DNA of 64,000 nucleotides, from positions 128,001 through 192,000 of the forward strand of contig JAOPTW010000015.1 of the NCBI GenBank assembly GCA_051532035.1, given 5' to 3'. The position numbers and the translations under genes were made by a program. Under the pieces are notes generated by a model. The model did not search any database, had not been told where the DNA came from, and saw only the letters and a program-made list of their open reading frames with translations. Shown one piece after another: positions 10,217 through 20,336 of this stretch. Origin of the DNA: Fibrobacterales bacterium (lineage in GTDB: Bacteria; Fibrobacterota; Fibrobacteria; Fibrobacterales; JAOPTW01). How positions within the stretch are numbered: position 1 is the stretch's first letter; each line of letters starts with the position of its first letter.

Positions 10217-10903
10217 ATGGATAAAGTACTCATAGTAGAAGATGAAGAGGTGATTCGCATTGGCCTTAAAGACAACTATGAATTAGAAGGATATGATGTC
10301 GCTATTGCCGTTGATGGAGAAGAAGCCATTACCATAGCGGAATCTTTTAAACCACAACTGATAATTCTCGATCTCATGCTCCCCAAAAAAAGTGGTTATG
10401 AAGTATGTCGCTATTTGAGAAAAAAAATGCCTGATATTTTCATCATTATGCTCACTGCAAAAACCGATGAATCAAGTATACTCACTGGTCTTGAAATGGG
10501 AGCTGATGATTACGTGCGCAAGCCATTTTCAATCCTTGAGCTCCTCGCCAGAACCAAAGCATTTCTTCGAAGAGATCAGCCTACAGGGTCAACAGAAAAC
10601 ACCATTAGCTTCAATGGCATCTTTATAGACTTTAAACGATTTGTTGCCACCAAGAATGGAGCGCCTATTGACCTCAACACTAAAGAGTTTCAAATAATGA
10701 AATACCTTAGTCAACGAAGAAGTGAAGTGGTTTTCAGAGAAGATATTCTTCAAGATGTATGGGGCTACGACATTGATGCATTACCCACCACACGAACGGT
10801 TGATAATCACATTGTTAAACTGAGACAAAAATTTGAGACCAACCCCTCACAACCAGAGATTATCCTATCAATCCGTGGCGCAGGTTACAAATTCGACGTA
10901 TGA
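10217..10903 (+). CDS. OmpR/PhoB family response regulator
   Basis: LIVEDE, LDLMLP, GADDYVRKPF, RTVDNHIVKLRQK, IRGAGYKF. SD AGGAGAG. Confidence 0.96.
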   Translation: MDKVLIVEDEEVIRIGLKDNYELEGYDVAIAVDGEEAITIAESFKPQLIILDLMLPKKSGYEVCRYLRKKMPDIFIIMLTAKTDESSILTGLEMGADDYVRKPFSILELLARTKAFLRRDQPTGSTENTISFNGIFIDFKRFVATKNGAPIDLNTKEFQIMKYLSQRRSEVVFREDILQDVWGYDIDALPTTRTVDNHIVKLRQKFETNPSQPEIILSIRGAGYKFDV

Positions 10904-13437
10904 AAATAATTTCTGTACACCGAGTAGCCATCTGGTTTTTCATTCTCACCCTCTGGGGGGTGAGTAGTGCCAATAATATGTACCACCGAGATATCATCAC
11001 GTATCAACGGGCAAGTTTTAGTTTAGAGATGCATCAAAATACAGAACAAGCCCTGCAAATTCTTGACTCTCTTTCGACTCAACCATCAAGCCCTGTCTTT
11101 TTAAATGCCCATACACTTTTGGGGAAATACGCTTTAACCAAACAAGACACTTCTGAAGCACTCACCCATTTTTTTACCGTCTACAATACCCCACTCCTCC
11201 CCGCATCACAGCGAACATGGGTCGGCACACTCCTCACATCACTCAACAGTGCTCCCGTCACCTTTATCCATCCTTCAATTAAAACGGGTATGACACCAGA
11301 CCGTGTGTTTAAAACAAATGAATCAATCATAGTAGTCTCCAAACAGAATGAACTCTTCGGTCTCGATAACAATGAGCTGACACCTCTTTATGTGGGAATC
11401 CCTCGCAACGACACTATCCTTTTTATCACCGATACTATTATTGTGCACCTTAATCTATCTCGTAATGTCATTACCATCCAGCAGATGTTCCCCATTAAAG
11501 CAACCTATATCTATCGTGCCGATGCTCCTATACTCTGGGCAGAGTACACCCCCGACCACACTATTTATATACATGCACAAGACAAAATCTCACTCCTCAG
11601 AACTGACAAAAAGGTGTGGTCCGCTGAAAAAGAGACTCCCGACATCTGCTCATTTAGTGGTTTTATTCCCTACATTAATGGTATCGCCGAACTCTGTTCA
11701 GACAACACCCTCATCATTCGCTCACTCCTTGATGGCACTATTAAATCTCGGTTTACTTTACCCGCACAACCAAAAAGTTTTTTCCCTCTTCGTGATGGGC
11801 TTCTAACCGTTTATGAAAACTCACTACAAAAACTGATTATCAATGAGTCGGTCTCGTCAGATTGGAATCTCTCTCTCACTAGAACGGGCAGCGGCTTTAT
11901 GTACCAAGACTATTTTATTCATCTATCACCAGATGGCACTCTTTCAAAAATCAATACTCTCACTGGAGAGGCCAGTTGGTCTAAGCAGACTTCAGCTACT
12001 GCTCTCTCTAATCTTGACAACAAAATCGGACTCTATAATCGTCAGGGCGATTTAATGGGTTATGATTTTGATGGCACTCAAAGTTGGAAGTATCAACTCG
12101 GCTCACCATTCTCGGCCCCACCCCTTACGAACGATTCAACGATAGTGTGCACCACGCCAACACGATTGATTGTGTTAAACAACCTCTATTTCGGTAACTT
12201 ACCAACGCAACAAGAGCGAGCTCTCACACGAATTAAAGCCACCCAACAAAGCGACATCAACCAGACCCTCCTTATGCTCAATCAAGTACTCCAAAAAGAG
12301 CCGGGAAATAATTTGGCTCATGAACTCAAGGCACATCTGTGTATCGACAACAGTGAGAATCCTAAAGATTGCACACGCCTCCTCCACAGAGCCGTCATAC
12401 ATGCAACAGAGCCCGATTCACTCTACAACCAGACACTGAAAAGTTATGCTCGCCTTATCGGGGCATCATGGGTTAAACGCATTCAAAAAAACCAAGACTA
12501 CGCCAAAGATATTTTACTCGACAGCACCCACTATTATGTCGTCGATGCAAAAGGTATTACTGCTATTGACCTAAAGAGTAATAGCCACAGCTGGGAATTC
12601 CCGCTGAAGCTTCACACATCAAAATTCACCTCTCTCATTGACTCGTCACACCTCTATATGACTCCCGACTCAGTAATGCACCAACTCAGCCTAACTCCTG
12701 GTGATCAGACCAACAATTCAGCCACTCTATCAGGCATAGTACTCCAACTCAAAGGATACGATGATATTCTTTTGGCTTACACTAAAAACCGAACACTCCA
12801 CATGATACAGAAGCATCCCTTTAAAGTTTCGTGGTCACTCCCTTTCACTACTGATAAAGTATTTTTTCCTAATACTATTCACCCCGAAACAATTGCTATT
12901 GTCTCACAAAATGGACTCATATATAATATCAACCGTTCGACAGGACTCCCCTTGAGTAATCACCCACTTTCTCCGGTACCTATTATCGATGTTATTAGCG
13001 ATACAAACAATCTCTATTTTGCTAATAGCAGAAACCAAGTCATTGCACGCAAACAACTCTCCTTGCTCCCCCACTGGACTGTTAACTATACAAAACCAAT
13101 AAAATCTCTCATGAATAGCCCCCATTGTGTTCTTGTTGAAACAGACTATGGTCAGATTTCATGCTTAAACAAAACCAATGGAGTCCTCTCGTGGAATAAG
13201 GCACTCAACAATTCGCCATTTCTTTTTGTAAATAATGATGAGTTTATATCTGCCGAAGGTACACAGCTCAACACGTATTCTTTAAAGACTGGCAAGTTGC
13301 GCACATCACAATCATTTCCCGATACGCTCAAGAGTTATAAGATATTTGAAAATCATATTATGATAACAACAGAAGAAGGACTTCTCTACTACTATAAACC
13401 ACCAGCAGTAGATTTACCAATAGAAATCACGCCATAA
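10900..13437 (+). CDS. Secreted PQQ-like/BamB-like beta-propeller repeat protein with TPR-like helical segments
   Basis: Signal peptide. Repeated 'inxxtGxxxW' blade motifs (INTLTGEASW, DFDGTQSWKY, LNKTNGVLSW). ATGA overlap with the regulator gene. Confidence 0.7.
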   Translation: MKIISVHRVAIWFFILTLWGVSSANNMYHRDIITYQRASFSLEMHQNTEQALQILDSLSTQPSSPVFLNAHTLLGKYALTKQDTSEALTHFFTVYNTPLLPASQRTWVGTLLTSLNSAPVTFIHPSIKTGMTPDRVFKTNESIIVVSKQNELFGLDNNELTPLYVGIPRNDTILFITDTIIVHLNLSRNVITIQQMFPIKATYIYRADAPILWAEYTPDHTIYIHAQDKISLLRTDKKVWSAEKETPDICSFSGFIPYINGIAELCSDNTLIIRSLLDGTIKSRFTLPAQPKSFFPLRDGLLTVYENSLQKLIINESVSSDWNLSLTRTGSGFMYQDYFIHLSPDGTLSKINTLTGEASWSKQTSATALSNLDNKIGLYNRQGDLMGYDFDGTQSWKYQLGSPFSAPPLTNDSTIVCTTPTRLIVLNNLYFGNLPTQQERALTRIKATQQSDINQTLLMLNQVLQKEPGNNLAHELKAHLCIDNSENPKDCTRLLHRAVIHATEPDSLYNQTLKSYARLIGASWVKRIQKNQDYAKDILLDSTHYYVVDAKGITAIDLKSNSHSWEFPLKLHTSKFTSLIDSSHLYMTPDSVMHQLSLTPGDQTNNSATLSGIVLQLKGYDDILLAYTKNRTLHMIQKHPFKVSWSLPFTTDKVFFPNTIHPETIAIVSQNGLIYNINRSTGLPLSNHPLSPVPIIDVISDTNNLYFANSRNQVIARKQLSLLPHWTVNYTKPIKSLMNSPHCVLVETDYGQISCLNKTNGVLSWNKALNNSPFLFVNNDEFISAEGTQLNTYSLKTGKLRTSQSFPDTLKSYKIFENHIMITTEEGLLYYYKPPAVDLPIEITP

Positions 13438-13456
13438 GTTCTATAAATGAAATACT

Positions 13457-13481
13457 AAAAAAGGCAATGAAAGCCCTTTTT
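13457..13481. terminator. Weak bidirectional terminator between convergent genes
   Basis: AAAAAAGGC-aatgaaa-GCCCTTTTT. Confidence 0.45.
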
Positions 13482-13483
13482 AA

Positions 13484-14377
13484 TCAAAACTCACAGGTAA
13501 GATAGATATGTTTTATCCACTGAGAGAAAAACTCATTGCGGTGTGAACGCCACACATTTACTGGTTTTTCTATATCAAAGTGCACGGGCGGATGTACATC
13601 TTCACGAGGATTTTGCTGGTCTCGTATGGCTTCATCAACAATACGCCCTGAATTATATTCTGGGTGCCCAAGATGCACGAAAAAACGGTGATCAGGTGAT
13701 TCAAACATGAAGTACCCCGCCTCCTGACCATGTGCAAGGAGTGCAATGCTGCCCTCTTTTTCTGCAGCCTCAAGTACCGAATCTTCAATCCCCGAATGGC
13801 GACTTTGTGGGCACCAAAAATGATCATCGATTTCGCCAGTAATAGGGTGCTGTCGATCAAGATTAACCCCTTCATATATACCAAAGAGCTTTGTAGGATA
13901 CTGCATTTTATTAATGCCCATCCACTTTGCAATAGCAATACCACCCCAACATATACCGAGAGTTGAAGGTATATTCTCTTTGGCAAACTCAAAAATTTCC
14001 TGTAGCTCTGGCCAGTAAGATATATCTTCAAATGCGACTTCACCCACTGGAGCACCTGTGATAATGAGTCCATCGAGAACTTTATCTTTATTAGCCTCTT
14101 TAAATGAAATGTAGAGATTTTCTAAATGTTCTCGACGAGAACTTTTATACTCATGAGTATTTAACCGAATCCAGACAGGCTCAATTTGTAGAGGAGTTCT
14201 TCCCAAAGGGAAAAGGAGATTAAACTCATAGGTTTCAACATTGGGCATGATGTTTAAAATACCAACTCTGAGTGGACGTATATCCTGCCGCTCGGCATTT
14301 TCAGGAGTAATGCAGAAAACGCGCTTATTTTGAAGTGCTTCTCGTGCATGATAGTCTTGTGGTACTATAACAGTCAT
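13484..14377 (-). CDS. metA: Homoserine O-acyltransferase MetA
   Basis: QDIRPL..ILNIMP, DGLIITGAP, catalytic ICWG, PQSRH, GHPEY, WRSH. Confidence 0.95.
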   Translation of the reverse strand: MTVIVPQDYHAREALQNKRVFCITPENAERQDIRPLRVGILNIMPNVETYEFNLLFPLGRTPLQIEPVWIRLNTHEYKSSRREHLENLYISFKEANKDKVLDGLIITGAPVGEVAFEDISYWPELQEIFEFAKENIPSTLGICWGGIAIAKWMGINKMQYPTKLFGIYEGVNLDRQHPITGEIDDHFWCPQSRHSGIEDSVLEAAEKEGSIALLAHGQEAGYFMFESPDHRFFVHLGHPEYNSGRIVDEAIRDQQNPREDVHPPVHFDIEKPVNVWRSHRNEFFSQWIKHIYLTCEF

Positions 14378-14590
14378 CTCTTATCCCACAGGTTAAATTT
14401 GACAGAAATGTAGCAAAAATGGCCCCAATTATCCCGATATGGAACTGAATTAACAAAGATGCACTCCAATCAAAGAGCAAAAAAGAGCCTACTCGAATCA
14501 ATTCATTTATGAATATGAGACAATTACGTTGGAAGTTACTATCTCATATTTTTACATTTGCATCGCCTTTTGCCTATAGGGGGAAATATT

Positions 14591-16486
14591 GTGAAAAAAT
14601 GGTCTGTCGATCAATCTGCTGAACTCTACAACATCAATGGATGGGGTGCAGGATATTATTCAATAAATGAACTCGGAAATGTCGCCGTCACCCCCTACTC
14701 TGGAAAGGCGAGTGTTGACCTCTCAGTATTAATGCAAAACCTTGATGATCGGGATATCGCATCACCGGTACTCTTAAGATTTACCGATATACTCGACAAT
14801 AGAATCGAAAGTATGCACTCGTGTTTTATTACTGCATCAAAAGAGTATAATTACACAGGAAAAAACCACATCATTTATCCCATCAAGGTTAATCAGATGC
14901 GGCCTGTAGTCGAAGAATTGGTTACTCATGGACGTAAGTTTAATATTGGCCTCGAAGCAGGATCAAAGCCAGAACTCCATGCAGTACTTGCCACCAATAC
15001 TGATAGTGAATCGTTGATAATCTGCAACGGTTATAAAGATGAGGATTACATTGAGCTCGCACTCCTTGCTCAAAAAATGGGCCGTAAAATATTTCTCGTT
15101 GTTGAAAAGCCAAGAGAACTCCAACTCATTATTGAACTTGCAAAAAGACTCAATGTTATGCCCACCATAGGCATACGCGTTAAACTTGCGAGTTCCGGCA
15201 GTGGCAAATGGGAAGACTCCGGTGGAGATAACAGCAAATTTGGACTCACCTCTAGTGAACTTCTCGAAGCTCTTGATCTCCTCGAGACCCATGGAATGCA
15301 TGACTGCTTCAAATTGATCCATTTTCACATTGGGAGCCAAGTCAATAAAATACGAAGTATTATCAATGCGATGAAAGAGGCTGCACAATTTTATGTTCAA
15401 TTAAAAAAGATGGGCCACGCTGTTGAGTACGTTGATATTGGAGGTGGACTCGGTGTTGACTACGATGGAACCAGTTCATCCCTCAGTGATAGCAGTGTTA
15501 ACTACACCGTGCAAGAGTATGTGAATGATGCTATTTACACCTTTGTTGATGCCAGTGATAAAAACAACCTCCCCCATCCCAATATCATTACCGAATCTGG
15601 CCGTTCTCTGAGTGCACACCACTCACTCCTCGTTTTTGAAGTACTCGAAGCATCGTCCGTCCCCCTGTGGGATGCTGAAACCGATAGCATTAAAAGCTCA
15701 GATCACGAGCTCGTGAAAGAACTCCATACCCTGTATGACCAACTCCTCTCAAAGCGAATGATGGAAAGTTTTCACGATGCACAGGCGATTCGTGAAGAGG
15801 CACTCGACCGCTTTAGCCTCGGAGTCCTTGACCTTGCCTCTCGAGCAAAAATAGAAAAACTCTACTGGTCTGTCTGTCGCGAGGTACACGACATTATTTC
15901 ACATACACAACGCGCTCCTGAAGAATTTAAAGCATTGAGTAAAATTTTATGTGATAAATATTTTTGCAACTTTTCACTGTTTCAATCGTTACCCGATTCA
16001 TGGGCTATCGACCATATCTTTCCGATCATGCCCCTTCAGCGATTGAATGAAGAACCGACACGTGAAGCCACTATTCAAGATATTACCTGTGATTCTGATG
16101 GAAAAATAAGTTCATATATCTCCACAACCAACAGCCCCAACTACCTTCCTCTCCACCCAATTAAGCAGGGTGAACGCTACTATCTCGGAGCCTTTCTTGT
16201 GGGTGCCTATCAAGAGATTTTAGGGGACCTTCACAATCTTTTTGGCGACACTAATGCTGTACACGTATCGGTCACCGATTCAGGCTATAGCATCGACCAA
16301 GTAATAGATGGCGAAACCGTTGCCGATGTACTCGACTATGTTCAATTTGAACCCAAGAAGATGGTGCGCACTATTGAAGCATGGGTAACGGCATCAGTGA
16401 AAGCGGGGAAGATCTCTCAAAAAGAGGGCCGCGAATTTATAGCAATCTACAGTTCCGGCCTCTATGGGTATACCTATTTGGAATAG
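14591..16486 (+). CDS. speA: Biosynthetic arginine decarboxylase
   Basis: YPIKVNQ (PLP Lys), GLEAGSKPEL, HFHIGSQ, DIGGGLGVDYDG, DITCDSDG. Likely GTG start at 14591 after AGGGGGA. Confidence 0.97.
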   Translation: MKKWSVDQSAELYNINGWGAGYYSINELGNVAVTPYSGKASVDLSVLMQNLDDRDIASPVLLRFTDILDNRIESMHSCFITASKEYNYTGKNHIIYPIKVNQMRPVVEELVTHGRKFNIGLEAGSKPELHAVLATNTDSESLIICNGYKDEDYIELALLAQKMGRKIFLVVEKPRELQLIIELAKRLNVMPTIGIRVKLASSGSGKWEDSGGDNSKFGLTSSELLEALDLLETHGMHDCFKLIHFHIGSQVNKIRSIINAMKEAAQFYVQLKKMGHAVEYVDIGGGLGVDYDGTSSSLSDSSVNYTVQEYVNDAIYTFVDASDKNNLPHPNIITESGRSLSAHHSLLVFEVLEASSVPLWDAETDSIKSSDHELVKELHTLYDQLLSKRMMESFHDAQAIREEALDRFSLGVLDLASRAKIEKLYWSVCREVHDIISHTQRAPEEFKALSKILCDKYFCNFSLFQSLPDSWAIDHIFPIMPLQRLNEEPTREATIQDITCDSDGKISSYISTTNSPNYLPLHPIKQGERYYLGAFLVGAYQEILGDLHNLFGDTNAVHVSVTDSGYSIDQVIDGETVADVLDYVQFEPKKMVRTIEAWVTASVKAGKISQKEGREFIAIYSSGLYGYTYLE

Positions 16487-16521
16487 CTCCTTAATGGATT
16501 CCCATTCATTGATTCTTATTC

Positions 16522-17856
16522 CTAATGAGTAAAAGTTGTTTTGTGAATACCTATGGCAGTGCAATTGGTCTGCTCACTAATCTCAAACAGTGCGTCTCCT
16601 TCAGTAGAAAAGGCAAGAGCTTCAAACTGAGTACACTCTTTACTTGCGGGAAGCGCAAGTTCTAATTCACAAGTACCAGCGTCGAAAGCATTAGCTATTG
16701 TTTGGTCAGGGGCACGTGACCAAAACCATGTTGTATCATAATTTCCAACAGCGATCCGCGTTCCGTCAGACGATATATCTGAACGAGTCACCAAAAAATG
16801 ATTTATATTTTCTGATACCACCTTCAGTACATAAGCCCCATCTTTTTGTTCACTCAGAGGGTACTGTAACAGACGAGTATTAGATGCATCTTCATAATTC
16901 CATTTAGTGACCAAATAGATATCACCCGCCTCGCCCCCAACACTGTCTCCAGCGGGGTCAACAAAGATTGCCTCACAATCAGCAACGGGTGTGTCATGAT
17001 CACCTCCTGAATACCTCATCTCTAATACCGTAATATCAGAAATAAGATCATTGTCATTCGTCTGATCTATGATGGGCTCCTTAAATTTATAAATATACAC
17101 TGATGACCTTCCATTCCAGCCCTGTGATTCTCTCCCTTGATTGTCGCCAACATCTGCAAGATAGATACAGCTCCCTTCGCTATTTCCACAAGGAGCGAGG
17201 GCTATATCTTCATAATCGGTATCACCAACTCCAGACAACCGGTAACTCCGGATTCGTTCTCCAGTCGTTGCAGAAATTGCACTGACACGAGGCCCGCCAC
17301 CTGAATCGTTATGAACCCAAATAAGTTCTGCTCCTGCATTATTTTGAGTAGTACTCACAGCTGTTCCCGAAATTTCAACAAGGTCCATCCCACCTTGATC
17401 AACCACTTGTACATTAGTGACCCGTTCATAGCTCTCTACTACCGGACAATACATGTGCACTTCATAAGTAATACTTGATGAAGAAACCTCAGCTATTGAA
17501 GAACTCATACTCAATGAAGATGAAAGGGCGGCTGAAGAGTTCTCTTTCTTATAAGATGAATAGACACTACTCATTTCCGCACTTGATTCAGAAGAACTTA
17601 GATCATTCAACGATGATAAGGCTGAACTGGTATTTTCACTACTCTCTTCTGAGCTCTCACTCGTTACATAAGAACTTTCAAAAAGATCACCTTCCGATGA
17701 CACCAATAAATGCTCTGCAATTTGTGAAGCCCCCTGAGATGCCGATTCACTTTGTGATGATGTATCATCAGAGTCCATACTCTGACTACACCCTATACAA
17801 CTAAAAGCCAGAACTATGGCTCCTTTCATTACTCTATTCATTTGTCCCTCGATCAT
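16522..17856 (-). CDS. Lipoprotein with long Ser-rich linker and conserved C-terminal propeller-like domain
   Basis: Lipobox SCIGC, about 100 aa of Ser-rich sequence, then EISG..WVHNDSGG..DYEDIA..IYLADVGDN..DCEAIFVDP..QFEALAF. Confidence 0.7.
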   Translation of the reverse strand: MIEGQMNRVMKGAIVLAFSCIGCSQSMDSDDTSSQSESASQGASQIAEHLLVSSEGDLFESSYVTSESSEESSENTSSALSSLNDLSSSESSAEMSSVYSSYKKENSSAALSSSLSMSSSIAEVSSSSITYEVHMYCPVVESYERVTNVQVVDQGGMDLVEISGTAVSTTQNNAGAELIWVHNDSGGGPRVSAISATTGERIRSYRLSGVGDTDYEDIALAPCGNSEGSCIYLADVGDNQGRESQGWNGRSSVYIYKFKEPIIDQTNDNDLISDITVLEMRYSGGDHDTPVADCEAIFVDPAGDSVGGEAGDIYLVTKWNYEDASNTRLLQYPLSEQKDGAYVLKVVSENINHFLVTRSDISSDGTRIAVGNYDTTWFWSRAPDQTIANAFDAGTCELELALPASKECTQFEALAFSTEGDALFEISEQTNCTAIGIHKTTFTH

Positions 17857-17888
17857 ATTTTCTTCAGGCCCCAGCTACAAAACAATTA

Positions 17889-18548
17889 TTATCTTCTATC
17901 CCCCACGATTCGTAAAATACGGATGAAGAGATTTATTATGTCCATATAGAGTGCTGCGGCACTATCGACAGCATTGTCCAAAGTTTTAGGGATTGCATTT
18001 GCGCGTCCCCAATCATACCCAATGTAGCCACAAAATATTATGGCTACAATCCAATCCATAATGCCGTGGTGAAAATTAAAAAACAACGAGCCAATAACTT
18101 CTACAACAATCACCACAAGAAGTGATATGGTTAACGCTCCAGAAATTTTTTGGAAAAAACCAGGAAAAAGTGTTCCAGCAATCATCATGAGAGCTGTAAC
18201 CAGACCAGTAGTCCTAATTGCTTCTGCTACAATTTCTGGATTGTACCCACTGACAATAACATTAAGTAACAAACCAAAAGGTACCACAACAAAATTATAT
18301 CCTAAGAAACTTATGAGGGGGTTATCTGATTTTTTAAAGAGTGCAATGCCTATCATACAACTCGCAAAATATCCTATCATAATTGGCATCATGCCGAATG
18401 AAACGATAGTCATAGGATCAATGTTAGTGACCATCCACCAATTTACTGCAAAACCCCAACAGAGTGTAATACCAATAGCCAGATTATACAGTGCTGGACT
18501 AATCTCAGTACCTGTTGCTTGTGTTCTATTAAATACGGTTGTTTCCAT
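17889..18548 (-). CDS. Bax inhibitor-1/YccA family membrane protein
   Basis: About 7 TM segments. C-terminal YIGYD..AVDSAAALYMDIINLFIRIL. Confidence 0.88.
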   Translation of the reverse strand: METTVFNRTQATGTEISPALYNLAIGITLCWGFAVNWWMVTNIDPMTIVSFGMMPIMIGYFASCMIGIALFKKSDNPLISFLGYNFVVVPFGLLLNVIVSGYNPEIVAEAIRTTGLVTALMMIAGTLFPGFFQKISGALTISLLVVIVVEVIGSLFFNFHHGIMDWIVAIIFCGYIGYDWGRANAIPKTLDNAVDSAAALYMDIINLFIRILRIVGDRR

Positions 18549-18697
18549 TGATGAACCCTTTAAATGTTACTGTTTTACTGAGTAATATACTAAAGATATA
18601 CTTTCAATTCTTGGCATGTTCAAAGTATAACAGATTTGTCTATATATTCTCTTACTCGGGGTAAGTAACCACGAACAAATGTTTGGTATGTGAGGAT

Positions 18698-18729
18698 AAA
18701 ATAAAGGCCAGAGAGTGTTCTCTGGCCTT
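18698..18729 (-). terminator. Intrinsic terminator after serC
   Basis: AAGGCCAGAGA-gtgt-TCTCTGGCCTT with a T-rich tail on the minus strand. Confidence 0.8.
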
Positions 18730-18768
18730 ATATAATTACATGATATGACAGTGATTACCTTAGGGCGG

Positions 18769-19848
18769 TTAACCGTGCATTAATTCGAACTCTTGCATAG
18801 CTGCAATGAGTGCATCGATTCCCTCTTCGGGCATTGCATTGTATATTGATGCTCTGAACCCACCTACACTCCGATGACCCGGGAGGCCCGATAATTTTTT
18901 CTCTTCTGCAAATGCAAGGAAGAGTGCTTCATGTTCAGGACTGGTTGATACAAAGGTCACATTCATAGTAGAGCGATACTCAGGATCAACAACCCCTTTA
19001 AAAAGCGGATTACGATCAATCTCAGCATAGAGTTTAGATGCCTTACGATCATTGATGCTCTCCATTGCTGAAACACCACCAATACCTTTTAACCACTTCA
19101 TAGTTTCGTTAATAACCTTAACCGAAAATACCGGTGGAGTATTAAACATTGAATCGGCTTTTACATGGGTTCTGTAATCCATCATAGTTGGAATATTTTC
19201 ATTCACCCTATCAAGTAGATCCTTACGAATCACCACGAGAGCAACCCCAGCAGGACCCATGTTTTTTTGTGCACCAGCAAATACAATCCCGAATTTTGAG
19301 ATATCAAAAGCGCGTGCAAAAATTTCTGACGAGAGATCAGCAACTAAAAAACCGTTCGGGTTTTTAACCTCTGGTAGTGAGTTATATCGTGTACCAAAAA
19401 TAGTGTTATTGGTACAGACGTGCAGATACGCTGCATTATCAGACTGCTCAATAGTTGTTGGAATTGTCGTAAAATTACTCTCTTCGCTCGTACCCGCTAT
19501 ATTGACTGTAGTAAATAGCTTCAGCTCTTTAATCGCCTTTTGAGTCCAAATACCGGTATTGACAATATCTACGACGCCCTCTTTTTTGGCAAAGTTCATG
19601 GGAACCATCGCAAACTGGAGTGATGCCCCGCCTTGTAAAAATAGAATTTCATAATTATCTGGCACACCTAGTTGTTCAGCAATAAGCGCTTTCGTCTCAT
19701 CAAACATTGCAACTATCGGTGCAGATCGATGACTCATTTCGAGAATACTGAGCCCCGTTCCTGCAAATTCAATAGCCGCCTCTGCAGAGCGTTTCATAAC
19801 ACCCTTATCAAGAATTGCTGGGCCAGCACTGAAATTATACACAGTCAT
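18769..19848 (-). CDS. serC: Phosphoserine aminotransferase
   Basis: YNFSAGPA, EMSHRS, LQGGASLQF, GAQKNMGPAG, GHRSVGGFRASIYNAM. Confidence 0.97.
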   Translation of the reverse strand: MTVYNFSAGPAILDKGVMKRSAEAAIEFAGTGLSILEMSHRSAPIVAMFDETKALIAEQLGVPDNYEILFLQGGASLQFAMVPMNFAKKEGVVDIVNTGIWTQKAIKELKLFTTVNIAGTSEESNFTTIPTTIEQSDNAAYLHVCTNNTIFGTRYNSLPEVKNPNGFLVADLSSEIFARAFDISKFGIVFAGAQKNMGPAGVALVVIRKDLLDRVNENIPTMMDYRTHVKADSMFNTPPVFSVKVINETMKWLKGIGGVSAMESINDRKASKLYAEIDRNPLFKGVVDPEYRSTMNVTFVSTSPEHEALFLAFAEEKKLSGLPGHRSVGGFRASIYNAMPEEGIDALIAAMQEFELMHG

Positions 19849-20249
19849 TATTTCACTTCACCTTCATCAAAATCGGCACTTACCGTTGTTTGGATCCCAC
19901 CACGTGCATTAAACACACCCGTAACATTCATCCATTTAGGGCTGATACATTTCACCAAATCATTAAGTATTTTGTTAACTACATGCTCGTGAAAAACACC
20001 TACTTCGCGATAAAAGAGAATATACTCTTTAAAGCTTTTGAGTTCGATACACTCAGAATTTGGAGTATAACTAATTTCGATTGTAGCAAAATCAGGGAGT
20101 CCTGTTTTAGGGCAGATGCAGGTAAACTCAGGTACTGCAATAGTTAATTCAGTATTCGACCCTGGGTATTTAAAATCCCACGCTTCAATCTCTGGTGTTT
20201 CTAATTCTACAATTCCGTTTTGTAGATCTTCGTATGTTCCTTTGTCCAT
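19848..20249 (-). CDS. queF: NADPH-dependent 7-cyano-7-deazaguanine reductase (preQ1 synthase)
   Basis: EFTCICPKTGLPDFA, ELKSFKEY, FHEH, FNARGGI. Its stop overlaps the serC start (TAATG). Confidence 0.95.
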   Translation of the reverse strand: MDKGTYEDLQNGIVELETPEIEAWDFKYPGSNTELTIAVPEFTCICPKTGLPDFATIEISYTPNSECIELKSFKEYILFYREVGVFHEHVVNKILNDLVKCISPKWMNVTGVFNARGGIQTTVSADFDEGEVK

Positions 20250-20336
20250 TTCTTACTCCTTATTAAATGTTCTTGACCTACTATACGTTGTACATGATAC
20301 AATGTAACAGATGCACACAATAGGTATTATTCTCAA

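Noticed and set aside
14378..14550. Possible SAM riboswitch upstream of metA
   Set aside because: No SAM-I or SAM-II consensus was seen, and a promoter-like element lies only about 28 nt from the start.
20250..20336. Possible preQ1 riboswitch upstream of queF
   Set aside because: No preQ1-I stem with A-rich tail is recognisable. queF is probably read through from hisS.
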